DNA from: an uncultured Aquificales bacterium
GTDB taxonomy: Bacteria > Thermosulfidibacterota > Thermosulfidibacteria > Thermosulfidibacterales > Thermosulfidibacteraceae
DNA length: 64,000 nt
Assembly (NCBI GenBank): GCA_964453345.1
Contig: CAYVOC010000001.1
Span: forward strand, 28,468-92,467
Reading direction: 5' to 3'
Shown in pieces: positions 10,037 through 19,646 of this stretch; positions within the stretch are counted from its first letter, which is position 1; each line of letters starts with the position of its first letter. The translations under genes and the position numbers were made by a program. The notes below the pieces were generated by a model. That model did no database searches. It saw only the letters and a list, made by a program, of their open reading frames with translations, and had not been told where the DNA came from.

Positions 10037-10611
10037 AGCTCTATCCCCACGGCTCCTGTTTCGTATAGCTCCTCAAGGGCCCTTTCACTGTCCCCCGGCT
10101 CAAGATCCACCCCCTTTACGGCGTCAAGCAGAATGAAGGTCTGATACCCCAAGTTTATTCCGCCCAAAGCCGTGTGTTTAACGCAGTAATCGGTGGCTAT
10201 GCCGCAGACGAAGATCCTCCTGATCCCCCTTTCCTGCAGAAGCTGGTGCAGGTCTGTTCCCTGGAATCCGGAGTAGGCGTCAAAGCCGGGATCCGTTCCC
10301 TTGCTGATGATGAACAGGTTGTCCTTGGGGATGCGGAGATCCTCGTGGAAGCGCGCCCCTTCCGTGTTCTGAACGCAGTGCTTGGGCCATGTTCCCCCGT
10401 TCTCCCTGAAGGATATGTGGTTTTCCGGATGCCAGTCCCTGGTGAAGAAGAGGGGACAGCCCGCTGAAGAGAAAAGCTCTATGTAGCGGTTCACCGGCTC
10501 TATTATCTTTTGTGCTCCCTTAACCGCAAGGCTTCCCGTGATGAAGTCCTTCTGCATGTCCACCACGATCAGTGCGTCCCTGCGGGTGAGCATCAGCTCA
10601 AGCCTTGCCAT
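10033..10611 (-). CDS. pncA: nicotinamidase/pyrazinamidase
   Basis: VVDMQKDF, TRDWHP, WPKHCVQ, KG...YSGF, GIATDYCV; AGGAGG upstream of ATG 10611 (the ORF-track start is over-extended). Confidence 0.9.
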   Translation of the reverse strand: MARLELMLTRRDALIVVDMQKDFITGSLAVKGAQKIIEPVNRYIELFSSAGCPLFFTRDWHPENHISFRENGGTWPKHCVQNTEGARFHEDLRIPKDNLFIISKGTDPGFDAYSGFQGTDLHQLLQERGIRRIFVCGIATDYCVKHTALGGINLGYQTFILLDAVKGVDLEPGDSERALEELYETGAVGIEL

Positions 10612-10663
10612 GGTCCACCTCCTGAGGTTATCAAGCGTTAAAAGGATAATATTAGCGGGAGCC

Positions 10664-11335
10664 ATGGATAGACAAGCCCTTCTCAGAAAGGTTGAGTTTT
10701 TTTCGGGACTTTCGGATTCTGTTTTGGCCGAGCTTTCAAGGGCCTTCGAGGTTGTTCGGGTTCCCAAGGGGAAGCTTCTCTTCGTCGAGGGGGCGAGGGC
10801 GGAGTATCTGTGGGCTGTTGCGGAGGGGAGGGTTAAGCTCTTTAAGGTTTCCCCTTCGGGCAGGGAGCAGACGGTGATCATCGTGGAGCCGGGAGAGACC
10901 TTTGCGGAGATAGCCGCTTTGAAGGGGCAGAGCTACCCCGTCTTTGCCAAATCCCTTGAGGATTCCCTTCTTTTAAGGGCACCGGGCCATAGGATAGAGG
11001 AGATAGTGAGGCAGAATCCGGCCGTTGCCCTCAGCATGATGGGGGCCATGGCGGAGAAGTTGAAGCATTTGACCAGCCTTGTGGAGGATCTTTCCCTGAG
11101 GGATGTTCCCGCAAGACTGTGCAGATACATACTTGAAGCCTCAAGGGGCAAAGAAATACTTGTGCTTGCCGTGTCAAAGGCCGAGCTTGCAAGGTATTTG
11201 GGAACCACCCCGGAGACTCTCTCCAGATCCCTGTCAAGGCTTTCCAAGCTCGGCGTTGTAGAGGTCAGAGGCAGCATGATAAGGATCCTTTCCCGCTCCC
11301 GCCTTGAGGAGATGGCGGAATCTGAAGTCTCTTGA
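10664..11335 (+). CDS. Crp/Fnr family transcriptional regulator (HcpR/DNR-like)
   Basis: cNMP-binding fold (GRVKLFK..SGREQ, PGETFAE), HTH LARYLGTTPETLSR; no FNR Fe-S cysteine cluster; directly upstream of hcp. Confidence 0.9.
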   Translation: MDRQALLRKVEFFSGLSDSVLAELSRAFEVVRVPKGKLLFVEGARAEYLWAVAEGRVKLFKVSPSGREQTVIIVEPGETFAEIAALKGQSYPVFAKSLEDSLLLRAPGHRIEEIVRQNPAVALSMMGAMAEKLKHLTSLVEDLSLRDVPARLCRYILEASRGKEILVLAVSKAELARYLGTTPETLSRSLSRLSKLGVVEVRGSMIRILSRSRLEEMAESEVS

Positions 11336-11373
11336 TCTTGATCAAGGCGGGCTTTCCCCTTCCGGCATAAACT
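11331..11373 (+). promoter_or_regulatory. FNR/DNR-type box (CTTGAT-CTTG-ATCAAG) plus -10 TAAACT; class II activated promoter of hcp
   Basis: perfect TTGAT-N4-ATCAA at 11332-11345; TAAACT at 11368-11373 places the box centre at -41.5. Confidence 0.85.
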
Positions 11374-11406
11374 AAAATCAGCAACAAAAAATTGAGGAGG
11401 TTTGCC

Positions 11407-13014
11407 ATGTTTTGTAATCAGTGTGAGCAGGCTGCTGTAGGCGGATGCAGGAGGATTGGAGTCTGTGGTAAGGATAACACCACGGATCTTTTGCAGGATC
11501 TCTTGATCTACGCCTTGGCCGGGCTTGGTGAGGTTGCCCTTGAGGCCAAAAAATCGGGAAAGGACACCACGGATATGGACGCCTTCACCTGTGAGGCCAT
11601 CTTTTCCACCCTGACCAATGTCAACTTTGACCCCGACAGGATCGAGGATTACATCAACCGGGCCGTTGAATACAGGGACTCCTTAGCCAAGGAGATGGGC
11701 TATCAGCCCCAGACGGAGCCGGGCAGGTTCGTTCCCGCCTCAACCAGAGAGGAGAGGGTTAAGCAGGGGGAGCAGGTTGAGCTGAAGATGAACGGTTCCG
11801 AAAACCCCGATGTTATGGGCTTAAAGCTCACCACCCTCTACGGCCTCAAGGGAGCCGCATCCTACGCCTTCCACGCGTGGGAGCTGGGCAAGACCGACCC
11901 TGATCTTTTTGAGTTTGTCCACAGGGTTCTGGTCAGGCTCTATCAGGACGGATCCATGGAGGAGTGGCTTGAGCTTGCCCTTGAGACAGGAAAGTTCAAC
12001 ATAGTTGCCATGGAGCTGCTCGACCACGGCCATGTGGAGAGGTTCGGCCATCCCGAACCCACGAGGGTGAGCATAGGAAGCAAAAGGGGCAAGGCCATTC
12101 TGGTCTCTGGACACGATCTTCTGGCCCTTGAGAAGTTGCTGGAACAGACCAAGGACAAGGGGATAAACATTTACACCCACGGTGAGATGCTGCCCGCCCA
12201 CGGCTACCCTGGATTGAAGAAGTATCCCCATCTTGTGGGCCACTACGGGACTGCCTGGCAGAACCAGAGAAGGGAGTTTGAGGAGTTTCCCGGTCCCATA
12301 GTTATGACCACCAACTGCCTCATGCCCCCCAAGGATTCCTATAAGGACAGGCTTTTCACAATGGGTCCTGTGGGCTATCCGGGGGTTAAGCACATAAAGG
12401 ATCATGATTTCTCTGAAGTTGTGGATTGTGCCCTTAGGCTCGATGGCTACTCTGAGGATAAGGAGTTTGACTACTGCTACACCGGTTTTGCCAGAAACGC
12501 CGTTCTTTCCGTTGCCGATAAGCTCGTTGAGCTTGTGAAGGCCGGCAGGATAAGACACATCTTTTTGGTTGGTGGATGCGACGGGGCGAGACCGGGCAGA
12601 AACTACTACACGGAGTTCGTTGAGAAGGCGCCTTCCGACACCCTTATACTGACCTTGGCGTGCGGTAAGTTCAGGTTCTTCACCAAGAAACTCGGGGACA
12701 TAGAGGGGATCCCCAGGCTGCTCGATATGGGGCAGTGCAACGATGCCTACTCGGCCGTGCAGGTGGCCTTGAAGCTTGCCGAGGTCTTTGAGACGGATGT
12801 CAACAATCTGCCACTCTCCCTTATCCTTTCCTGGTATGAGCAAAAGGCGGTGGCGATCCTTCTGTCTCTGCTCTATCTGGGCATAAAGAACATAAAGATA
12901 GGTCCCACAGCCCCTGCCTTCTTTACCGAAAACATCTTGAAATTTATCCAGGAAAAATACAATCTTCAGCTTATAAAGACTCCAGAGGAGGATCTGAAGG
13001 AGATACTGGGCTAA
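11407..13014 (+). CDS. hcp: hybrid cluster protein (hydroxylamine/NO reductase)
   Basis: MFCNQCEQ..C..GVCGK, SGHDL, YTHGEMLPAH, TTNC, GGCDG, LACGK, GQCNDAY, SWYEQKA; GAGGAGG RBS. Confidence 0.97.
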   Translation: MFCNQCEQAAVGGCRRIGVCGKDNTTDLLQDLLIYALAGLGEVALEAKKSGKDTTDMDAFTCEAIFSTLTNVNFDPDRIEDYINRAVEYRDSLAKEMGYQPQTEPGRFVPASTREERVKQGEQVELKMNGSENPDVMGLKLTTLYGLKGAASYAFHAWELGKTDPDLFEFVHRVLVRLYQDGSMEEWLELALETGKFNIVAMELLDHGHVERFGHPEPTRVSIGSKRGKAILVSGHDLLALEKLLEQTKDKGINIYTHGEMLPAHGYPGLKKYPHLVGHYGTAWQNQRREFEEFPGPIVMTTNCLMPPKDSYKDRLFTMGPVGYPGVKHIKDHDFSEVVDCALRLDGYSEDKEFDYCYTGFARNAVLSVADKLVELVKAGRIRHIFLVGGCDGARPGRNYYTEFVEKAPSDTLILTLACGKFRFFTKKLGDIEGIPRLLDMGQCNDAYSAVQVALKLAEVFETDVNNLPLSLILSWYEQKAVAILLSLLYLGIKNIKIGPTAPAFFTENILKFIQEKYNLQLIKTPEEDLKEILG

Positions 13015-13025
13015 GGAGGTGGGAT

Positions 13026-13205
13026 GTGGACAAGAAGGAGCTTGTGTTGAAGGCCATGAGGGAGGCGGGGAAGCCCGTGAGACCCGGTGACATTGCAAAG
13101 GCAACCGGGCTTGACAGCAAGGAGGTTTCCAAGATCATCAAGGAGCTGAGACAGGAGGGAAAGGTCGTATCACCCAAGAGGTGCTACTACGCCCCTGCTG
13201 AGTAG
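13026..13205 (+). CDS. 59-aa winged-helix protein (absent from the ORF track)
   Basis: AGGAGGT RBS then GTG; translates MDKKELVLKAMREAGKPVRPGDIAKATGLDSKEVSKIIKELRQEGKVVSPKRCYYAPAE. Confidence 0.8.
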   Translation: MDKKELVLKAMREAGKPVRPGDIAKATGLDSKEVSKIIKELRQEGKVVSPKRCYYAPAE

Positions 13206-13214
13206 CGAAGAAGG

Positions 13215-13246
13215 GGGTGGAGCCGGTCTTTATGGCCGGCCCGCCC
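13215..13246. terminator. GC-rich hairpin between convergent genes
   Basis: gggtggagccggtc / ggccggcccgccc stem with G-U pairs and a bulge; no U-tract. Confidence 0.4.
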
Positions 13247-13521
13247 TATCCCTCAAATTCCTGAAATATGTAGTATTTGTCCGGGGTAATCTGGAAGACC
13301 ACGCGCTTTTCCGTCTCCTCTATCAACCTTCCGAATATCTGCCTTCTCGCCTCGAAGTCGAAGAAGTTTATCACGTGGGTGGGATCCACCTCCGTTGTGG
13401 GGATCTCTTTCTTCTCCTCTTCCTTCAGGGGGCGGATGGAGAGCTGGGTGCATCTGCCCGGCTTCTCCCAGTCGCCCACCTTCAGGATCATCCAGTAGTA
13501 TTTGTTCGGGGATATCTGCAT
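13246..13521 (-). CDS. hypothetical protein (91 aa)
   Basis: GGAGG RBS, typical codon usage, follows nadE. Confidence 0.65.
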   Translation of the reverse strand: MQISPNKYYWMILKVGDWEKPGRCTQLSIRPLKEEEKKEIPTTEVDPTHVINFFDFEARRQIFGRLIEETEKRVVFQITPDKYYIFQEFEG

Positions 13522-13536
13522 GCTTTAACCTCCCTG

Positions 13537-15264
13537 CTAAAAGGGCTTGAACTTGTTGGTTATGGGGAGTCTTCTGTCCTTGCCGAAGGCCCTGGGAGTG
13601 ATCTTTATGCCCGGTGGGGCCTGGCGCCTCTTGTATTCGTTTCTGTCAACCATGGATATCACCCTTTTTACAATATCCGGATCGAATCCCATGGCCACAA
13701 TCTCCCTGTAGGAGCGGTCCTCCTCCACGTAGGCCTTAAGTATGGGATCGAGTATCTCGTAGGGGGGGAGGGTGTCCTCGTCCTTCTGTCCGGGCTTCAG
13801 TTCTGCGGAGGGCGGCTTCTCAAACACCCTCTTCGGGATAACGTCCCACCCTTTAATTTTGTTGTAGTATTCCGCAACCCTGTAGACCATGGTCTTCATA
13901 ACATCCTTTATGACGGCGAACCCCCCCGCCATGTCCCCGTAAAGGGTTGCGTATCCGCAGCTCATTTCGCTCTTGTTCCCCGTGGTCAGAACCAGCCATC
14001 CGAACTTGTTGGACATGGCCATGAGGATGTTTCCCCTTATTCTGGCCTGGATGTTCTCCTCTGTGACGTCCTCCGGCGCATCACCCCACACGCTCTCCCT
14101 CATCTGGCGCTTGAAGGTCTCAAAGATCTCGGTGATGGGCACGGTGTATGTTTTTATCCCCAGGTTTTCCGCAAGCCGGGTTGCGTCCTCTATGCTTTCC
14201 TTGGAGGTGTAGGGGGAGGGCATGAGCACTCCCACAACCCTGTCCGGTCCTAAGGCCTCCGTTGCCACCGCTGCAACAAGGGAGGAGTCCATGCCTCCCG
14301 ATAGGCCTATGAGGACCTTGCTGAAGCCGTTTTTGTTGACGTAGTCCTTGGTTCCCAGAACAAGGGCCCTGAAGATCTCCCCCTCTATGGGGAGGGGGGC
14401 CTCAACCTTGGGTTCGATCTTTGCCTTTGACTCCCTCTTTGGGGGTGCAATGTATACCCTCTCCACCTGGGCGGCGGCTTCCGCCTCCTTTCTTATCCTT
14501 GGATCGTGCAGCCTCGCCCTGAGAACGCTGTCCACCTCAAGATCCACCACCAGCAGATCCTCTTCAAAGAGCTTCGCCCTTGCGATGATCTCGCCTGAGG
14601 GGCTGGCCACAATGCTTCCGCCGTCAAAGACCAGCTCGTCCTGTCCCCCCACGGCGTTCAGGTAGGCCACATAGGCAACGTGATCCATGGCCCTGACGGC
14701 TATCATCCTCTCCCTGTAGCTTCTTTTGCCCACGCAGAAGGGAGACGACGAGATGTTTACTATCAACTCTGCTCCGGCGAGGGCCTGCAGGTGCCCTGGC
14801 CCGTCCGGATACCATATGTCCTCGCAGATGTTCACCCCAACCCTGCAGCCCCTTATCTCGTAAACGGGAACCCTATTGCCCCGGGAGAAGTATCTATCCT
14901 CGTCAAAAACGGAGTAGGTGGGAAGAAATATCTTGTGGTATACATCCACGACCCTGTGCTGATGGATGATTGCAGCGGCGTTGTATATATCCTCCTTCAG
15001 GTCCACGAAGCCCACAATGGCAACAATATCTCCGATGTTTTCAGCGATCCTTTTCAGGGTTTCAAGGTTGGTCTCTATGAACTGGGGCTTGAGCAGCAGA
15101 TCCTCTGGAGGATAGCCCGTCACCGCAAGCTCAGGAAAGACAACGATATCGGCCTGCTGTTCCTGAGCCCTTTTTGCGTAGTCAAGTATCTTTTCGGCGT
15201 TTCCATCGAAGTCGCCCACGGTGAGGTTTACCTGGGCGAGGGCCACTCTCAGCGTGCGAATCAT
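13537..15264 (-). CDS. nadE: glutamine-dependent NAD+ synthetase
   Basis: nitrilase-type domain ([20 protein letters not shown]) plus [46 protein letters not shown] upstream of ATG 15264. Confidence 0.95.
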   Translation of the reverse strand: MIRTLRVALAQVNLTVGDFDGNAEKILDYAKRAQEQQADIVVFPELAVTGYPPEDLLLKPQFIETNLETLKRIAENIGDIVAIVGFVDLKEDIYNAAAIIHQHRVVDVYHKIFLPTYSVFDEDRYFSRGNRVPVYEIRGCRVGVNICEDIWYPDGPGHLQALAGAELIVNISSSPFCVGKRSYRERMIAVRAMDHVAYVAYLNAVGGQDELVFDGGSIVASPSGEIIARAKLFEEDLLVVDLEVDSVLRARLHDPRIRKEAEAAAQVERVYIAPPKRESKAKIEPKVEAPLPIEGEIFRALVLGTKDYVNKNGFSKVLIGLSGGMDSSLVAAVATEALGPDRVVGVLMPSPYTSKESIEDATRLAENLGIKTYTVPITEIFETFKRQMRESVWGDAPEDVTEENIQARIRGNILMAMSNKFGWLVLTTGNKSEMSCGYATLYGDMAGGFAVIKDVMKTMVYRVAEYYNKIKGWDVIPKRVFEKPPSAELKPGQKDEDTLPPYEILDPILKAYVEEDRSYREIVAMGFDPDIVKRVISMVDRNEYKRRQAPPGIKITPRAFGKDRRLPITNKFKPF

Positions 15265-15362
15265 GCCCCTCTCCTTGAGATTTGTTGCCCAATATAAACA
15301 GCAATTATTGTCTTCTTTCAAGCATGTGTGCTAAAGCTTAAGGGCAAAACCCTTCGGAGGTA

Positions 15363-15614
15363 GTGGACGTGAAGGTGAGGATTATAGTGAATCTCAAAGG
15401 GTCCGTGCTTGATCCCCAGGGCAAGGCCGTCTGCGGTGCCCTGAAGAATCTGGGTTTTGATGCGGTTGAGGATGTGAGGGTGGGCAAGGTTATATATATA
15501 ACCCTTAAGGGTGTGTCCGAGGACGAGGTGGGGAATCTGGTGGAGGAGATGTGCGCCAAGCTTCTGGTTAACCCGGTGATAGAGGAATACCAGTGGGAGA
15601 TTGTGGAGGAGTAG
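15363..15614 (+). CDS. purS: phosphoribosylformylglycinamidine synthase subunit PurS
   Basis: [28 protein letters not shown]. Confidence 0.95.
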   Translation: MDVKVRIIVNLKGSVLDPQGKAVCGALKNLGFDAVEDVRVGKVIYITLKGVSEDEVGNLVEEMCAKLLVNPVIEEYQWEIVEE

Positions 15615-15615
15615 G

Positions 15616-16308
15616 ATGCTTTTTGGGGTGGTGATCTTTCCCGGATCCAACTGCGATATGGACTGCTACTGGGCGGTTAAAAATGTAGTCGGTCGGGATT
15701 GCGAATACATATGGCACGAGGAAACGGATATAGAGGACTTTGACTGCATCATACTTCCCGGAGGCTTTTCCTACGGGGATTACCTGAGGCCCGGTGCCAT
15801 TGCCAAGGTTTCTCCCGTTGTGGAGGCGCTGAAGGGGTTTGTGAAGAGGCCGAATAAGCTTGTCATGGGCATCTGCAACGGGTTCCAGATCCTGCTTGAG
15901 GCGGGCTTCCTCCCTGGGGCCATGCTGAGGAACAGGGGACTGAAGTTTATCTGCGAGTATGTGGAGCTGGAGGTGGTCAACCCGAACACTCCCTTCACAT
16001 GCGCATGCCGGGAGGGAGAAGTTCTCTCCATACCCATAGCCCACATGGAGGGCAACTACTTTGCGGACGAAGGGACCCTTGAGGACTTGAAAAATAATAA
16101 CCAGATTGTATTCCGATACCACGGGTTTAACCCCAACGGCTCCGTTCTGGATATAGCCGGCATATGCAGCAGGGAGAGGAAGGTTCTGGGGATGATGCCC
16201 CATCCTGAGAGGTGCTGCGAGGATATACTCGGCGGGACGGATGGCCTCAAGATCTTTGAGTCCATAGTGAGCTATCATGAGGGAAGAAAGGCTGTTGAGG
16301 TTGAATAG
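15616..16308 (+). CDS. purQ: phosphoribosylformylglycinamidine synthase subunit PurQ
   Basis: [35 protein letters not shown]. Confidence 0.95.
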   Translation: MLFGVVIFPGSNCDMDCYWAVKNVVGRDCEYIWHEETDIEDFDCIILPGGFSYGDYLRPGAIAKVSPVVEALKGFVKRPNKLVMGICNGFQILLEAGFLPGAMLRNRGLKFICEYVELEVVNPNTPFTCACREGEVLSIPIAHMEGNYFADEGTLEDLKNNNQIVFRYHGFNPNGSVLDIAGICSRERKVLGMMPHPERCCEDILGGTDGLKIFESIVSYHEGRKAVEVE

Positions 16309-17026
16309 GTTTCTTGCGGAGGCGGGTCTGGGCGCCAGGAGGAAGGTGGAAAGGCTCATTGAGGAGGGCAGGGTAGCTGTAAACGGCATGGTTGTGAAGG
16401 AATACGGTTACAGGGTCAACCCTAAGGAGGACATAGTAACCGTTGACGGTAAGGTGGTGGAGATACAGCCCAAGGTTTACCTTCTCTTTAACAAGCCCAA
16501 GAACATCCTCACCACCATGAAGGACGAGAGGGGAAGGCTCACCGTTTACGATGTTTTGCCCATTAAAGATATACGGGTTTATCCCGTCGGCAGGCTTGAC
16601 AGGGCATCCAGGGGCCTTTTGCTTCTCACCAACGACGGGGAGCTCGCCTATAGACTCCTGCATCCCAAGTATCACGTGGAGAAGCGCTACATAGTTCTGG
16701 TTGAGGGATCCCCCTCCGAGGAGAAGCTGAACAAGCTGAGGAGGGGGATATACCTATACCCCGAGGGGAAGACTTTGCCCTGCAAGATCAGGGTGATAGA
16801 GAGGACCAAGTGGCACACAAAGCTTGAGGTTATACTGAGGGAGGGCAGGAAGCGTCAGATAAGGCGCATGTTCAAAAAGATAGGTCATCCCGTTAAGGAT
16901 CTGGTGAGGGTCGCCATGGGGCCTCTGACCCTGAAGGGGTTGCCCGAGGGACACTTCAGGTATCTTACAGAGGAAGAGGTTGCCCAGCTTAAAAAGCTTG
17001 TGGGCCTTGAGAGGGAGAGGAAATGA
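16277..17026 (+). CDS. rRNA pseudouridine synthase, RsuA/RluB family
   Basis: N-terminal S4 domain, [28 protein letters not shown]. Confidence 0.92.
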   Translation: MREERLLRLNRFLAEAGLGARRKVERLIEEGRVAVNGMVVKEYGYRVNPKEDIVTVDGKVVEIQPKVYLLFNKPKNILTTMKDERGRLTVYDVLPIKDIRVYPVGRLDRASRGLLLLTNDGELAYRLLHPKYHVEKRYIVLVEGSPSEEKLNKLRRGIYLYPEGKTLPCKIRVIERTKWHTKLEVILREGRKRQIRRMFKKIGHPVKDLVRVAMGPLTLKGLPEGHFRYLTEEEVAQLKKLVGLERERK

Positions 17027-18354
17027 AAGGATTGGCGGCGCTTTTGGGGATTCTGCTTTTTTCCACAACAGCACTTGCGGGAGGTAGTGCCTTGAGGATC
17101 GAAGCTAAGGAGAAGACTCTTAAAAACGGGTTAAAGGTCATAGTGGTTGAGGATCACTCGACCCCTACCGTGACCTTTCAGGTCTGGTATAAGGTGGGTT
17201 CCTACTACGAGCAGTTTGGGAAGACCGGCATCTCCCATCTTCTCGAGCACATGATGTTCAAGGGAACCGAGAAGCATCCCCCGGGGGAGTTTTCAAAGAT
17301 CGTTTCCCGAAACGGGGGCCAGGAGAACGCCTTCACCAGCAGGGACTATACCGCCTACTTTGAGAACTGGGCGGCTGATAGGCTGAAGATATCCATGGAG
17401 CTTGAATCGGACAGGATGGTGAACCTGAAGCTGGATCCCGAAGAGTTCAAGAGGGAAAAGAGCGTGGTCATGGAGGAGAGGAGGCTCAGGACCGAGGACG
17501 ATCCCACCTCCCTTTTGGTTGAGGAGGTCTATGCTGCGGCCTTCAAGGCCCACCCCTATCACTGGCCCGTCATAGGCTGGATGAAGGACATAGAGTCCAT
17601 AACCCTTGAGGATCTAAAAAGACACTACAAAACCTTTTATGCGCCCAACAACGCTGTGATAGTGGTCGTGGGGGATGTGAAGGCCGACGAGGTTTTCAAG
17701 ATGGTGGAGGAGTATTTCGGCAAGATCCCCCCTTCTCCTCACATACCTGAGTTTTCCTACACCGAGCCGCCCCAGAGGGGGGAGAGGAGGGTTGTTGTTA
17801 AAAGTCCGGAGGCGAAGCTCCCCTTTGTCTTCGGAGGGTTTCATGTTCCCAATGCGGGCTCCGGCGATGAGTATGCCCTAAAGGTTCTTGCCCTTATTCT
17901 GGGCGGTGGAAGAAGCTCCAGGATCTACAAGAGGCTTGTGTTTAAGGATCAGAAGGCCCTCTATGCGGGTGCCTATTACTCTTCCAAGACAAAGGATCCG
18001 GGACTCTTCTGCTTCTATGCGGCGGTTAAGCCGGGTGCGACCCCTGAGGAGGTGGAAAAACTCATCTGGGATGAGATAGAGAGGATCAAGAAGGATGGAA
18101 TAGGTGAGGAGGAACTGGAGAAGGCCAAGAACCAGATAGAGGCGGAGTTCGTCTATGGGCTTGATTCAAACTTCTACAGGGCCATGAACATAGGGATACT
18201 TGAGACCATCGGCCTTGGCTGGAGGTATCTGAATACCTTTGTGGATCGCATAAGGGAGGTTAGGGCCGAGGACGTGGTGAGGGTTGCAAGAAGGTATCTT
18301 GTCAGGGACAACCTCACCATAGGATACCTGATTCCAGAGGTGAAGGTCCAATGA
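17023..18354 (+). CDS. secreted M16B zinc peptidase, catalytic subunit
   Basis: signal peptide, HLLEH (HXXEH), NAFTS, EERR. Confidence 0.9.
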   Translation: MKGLAALLGILLFSTTALAGGSALRIEAKEKTLKNGLKVIVVEDHSTPTVTFQVWYKVGSYYEQFGKTGISHLLEHMMFKGTEKHPPGEFSKIVSRNGGQENAFTSRDYTAYFENWAADRLKISMELESDRMVNLKLDPEEFKREKSVVMEERRLRTEDDPTSLLVEEVYAAAFKAHPYHWPVIGWMKDIESITLEDLKRHYKTFYAPNNAVIVVVGDVKADEVFKMVEEYFGKIPPSPHIPEFSYTEPPQRGERRVVVKSPEAKLPFVFGGFHVPNAGSGDEYALKVLALILGGGRSSRIYKRLVFKDQKALYAGAYYSSKTKDPGLFCFYAAVKPGATPEEVEKLIWDEIERIKKDGIGEEELEKAKNQIEAEFVYGLDSNFYRAMNIGILETIGLGWRYLNTFVDRIREVRAEDVVRVARRYLVRDNLTIGYLIPEVKVQ

Positions 18355-19646
18355 GGGCGATAACAATAGCACTTTTGGGAGGATTGCTCATGGCTACATC
18401 CCTTTTTGCAAAGATAAATCCAGAAGTTGTGCGTCTTGATAATGGTCTTGAGGTGTGGGTGGTTGAGAGACATGTGCTTCCCTTTGCCGTTTTCAAGCTT
18501 GTTATCCCTGCAGGATCCGTTTTTGACCCCGAAAGCAAGGCCGGCCTGGCCTATCTCACGGCCCAGATGATAGGTGAAGGCGTAAAGGGAATGAGGGCCG
18601 AGGAGATTTCTGAGCGCTTTGATTTCATGGGCGCCGATTTTGATGTGGACTGCAACAAGGATTATGTAACCCTCTCCCTTAAGGTCACCAGAAGATACAT
18701 GGACGACGCCTTGGCCCTTTTTGCCAAGGTTCTGCTTGAGCCCACCTTCCCGAATAAGGAGTTTGTCAGGGTCAAGACCGAGGTGCTGGGAGAGATAATG
18801 AAGGATCAGGAGGATCCCTCAATTGTTGCCGATGAGAAGTTTAACGAGGTGGTGTATCAGAAGCATCCCTACCACAGGCCCGTTAAGGGCTACCTTGAGA
18901 CGGTTAAGGGCATCTCGAGGGACGAGGTGGTCCAGTTCTACAAGGCCCACTACCTCCCCGAGGGAAGCAAGCTCGTGGTTGTGGGGGATGTTGATACCGG
19001 TGAGATTGTGAAGAAGCTGGGGAAACTTTTTTCCGGCTGGCTCGGCAAGGCTCCCGGCTATCCGAAGGTTGATGGACCCTCCTTTAACCCCGGCACCTTT
19101 GTGGTTTCCAAGGATGTCTCCCAGGCCAACATAGTGATAGGCCATGTAGGGGTGTCCAGAAGCAACCCGGATTTTATCAAGCTTTACGTTGCCAACCAGA
19201 TCCTCGGTGGGGGAGGGCTTGTCTCAAGGCTCTTCGAGCGCATAAGGGAGAAGGGGGGCTACTCCTATTCGGTGTATAGCCTCTTTATTCCCTCCTACTA
19301 TCAGGGGGCCTTCAAGATAGTCCTTCAGACCAAAAACGACAGGGCCGACGATGCCATCAGAGAGGTTCTGGAGGAGGTGAACAGGTTCGTCAAGGAGGGT
19401 CCCACCGAAGGGGAGCTTGAGGATGCCAAAAGGTATCTCACGGGAAGTTTCCCCTTAAGAATAGATACGAATGCAGAGATTGCATCCTATCTTGCCTTTG
19501 CGGCCTTCCACAATCTGGGTAAGGATTACCTGAACAGGTTTACAGATATGATAAACTCGGTGACCCTTGAGGATGTGAGGGAGGTCATCAAAAAATACAT
19601 ACATCCCGACAAGTTCAGCATTGTGGTGGTGAGAAGGGAGAAATAG
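18351..19646 (+). CDS. secreted M16B peptidase, non-catalytic partner subunit
   Basis: signal peptide; HXXEH replaced by YLTAQ; RLFERIREKGGYSY carries the R/Y pair. Confidence 0.88.
   Translation: MRAITIALLGGLLMATSLFAKINPEVVRLDNGLEVWVVERHVLPFAVFKLVIPAGSVFDPESKAGLAYLTAQMIGEGVKGMRAEEISERFDFMGADFDVDCNKDYVTLSLKVTRRYMDDALALFAKVLLEPTFPNKEFVRVKTEVLGEIMKDQEDPSIVADEKFNEVVYQKHPYHRPVKGYLETVKGISRDEVVQFYKAHYLPEGSKLVVVGDVDTGEIVKKLGKLFSGWLGKAPGYPKVDGPSFNPGTFVVSKDVSQANIVIGHVGVSRSNPDFIKLYVANQILGGGGLVSRLFERIREKGGYSYSVYSLFIPSYYQGAFKIVLQTKNDRADDAIREVLEEVNRFVKEGPTEGELEDAKRYLTGSFPLRIDTNAEIASYLAFAAFHNLGKDYLNRFTDMINSVTLEDVREVIKKYIHPDKFSIVVVRREK

Noticed and set aside
10612-10881. N-terminal extensions making pncA and the Crp/Fnr gene overlap head-to-head
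   Set aside because: The RBS and domain boundaries support starts at 10611 and 10664; the extensions are longest-ORF artefacts
11821-13104. 427-aa antisense ORF over hcp
   Set aside because: Shadow frame of a well-conserved gene; no RBS or motifs; expected from codon bias
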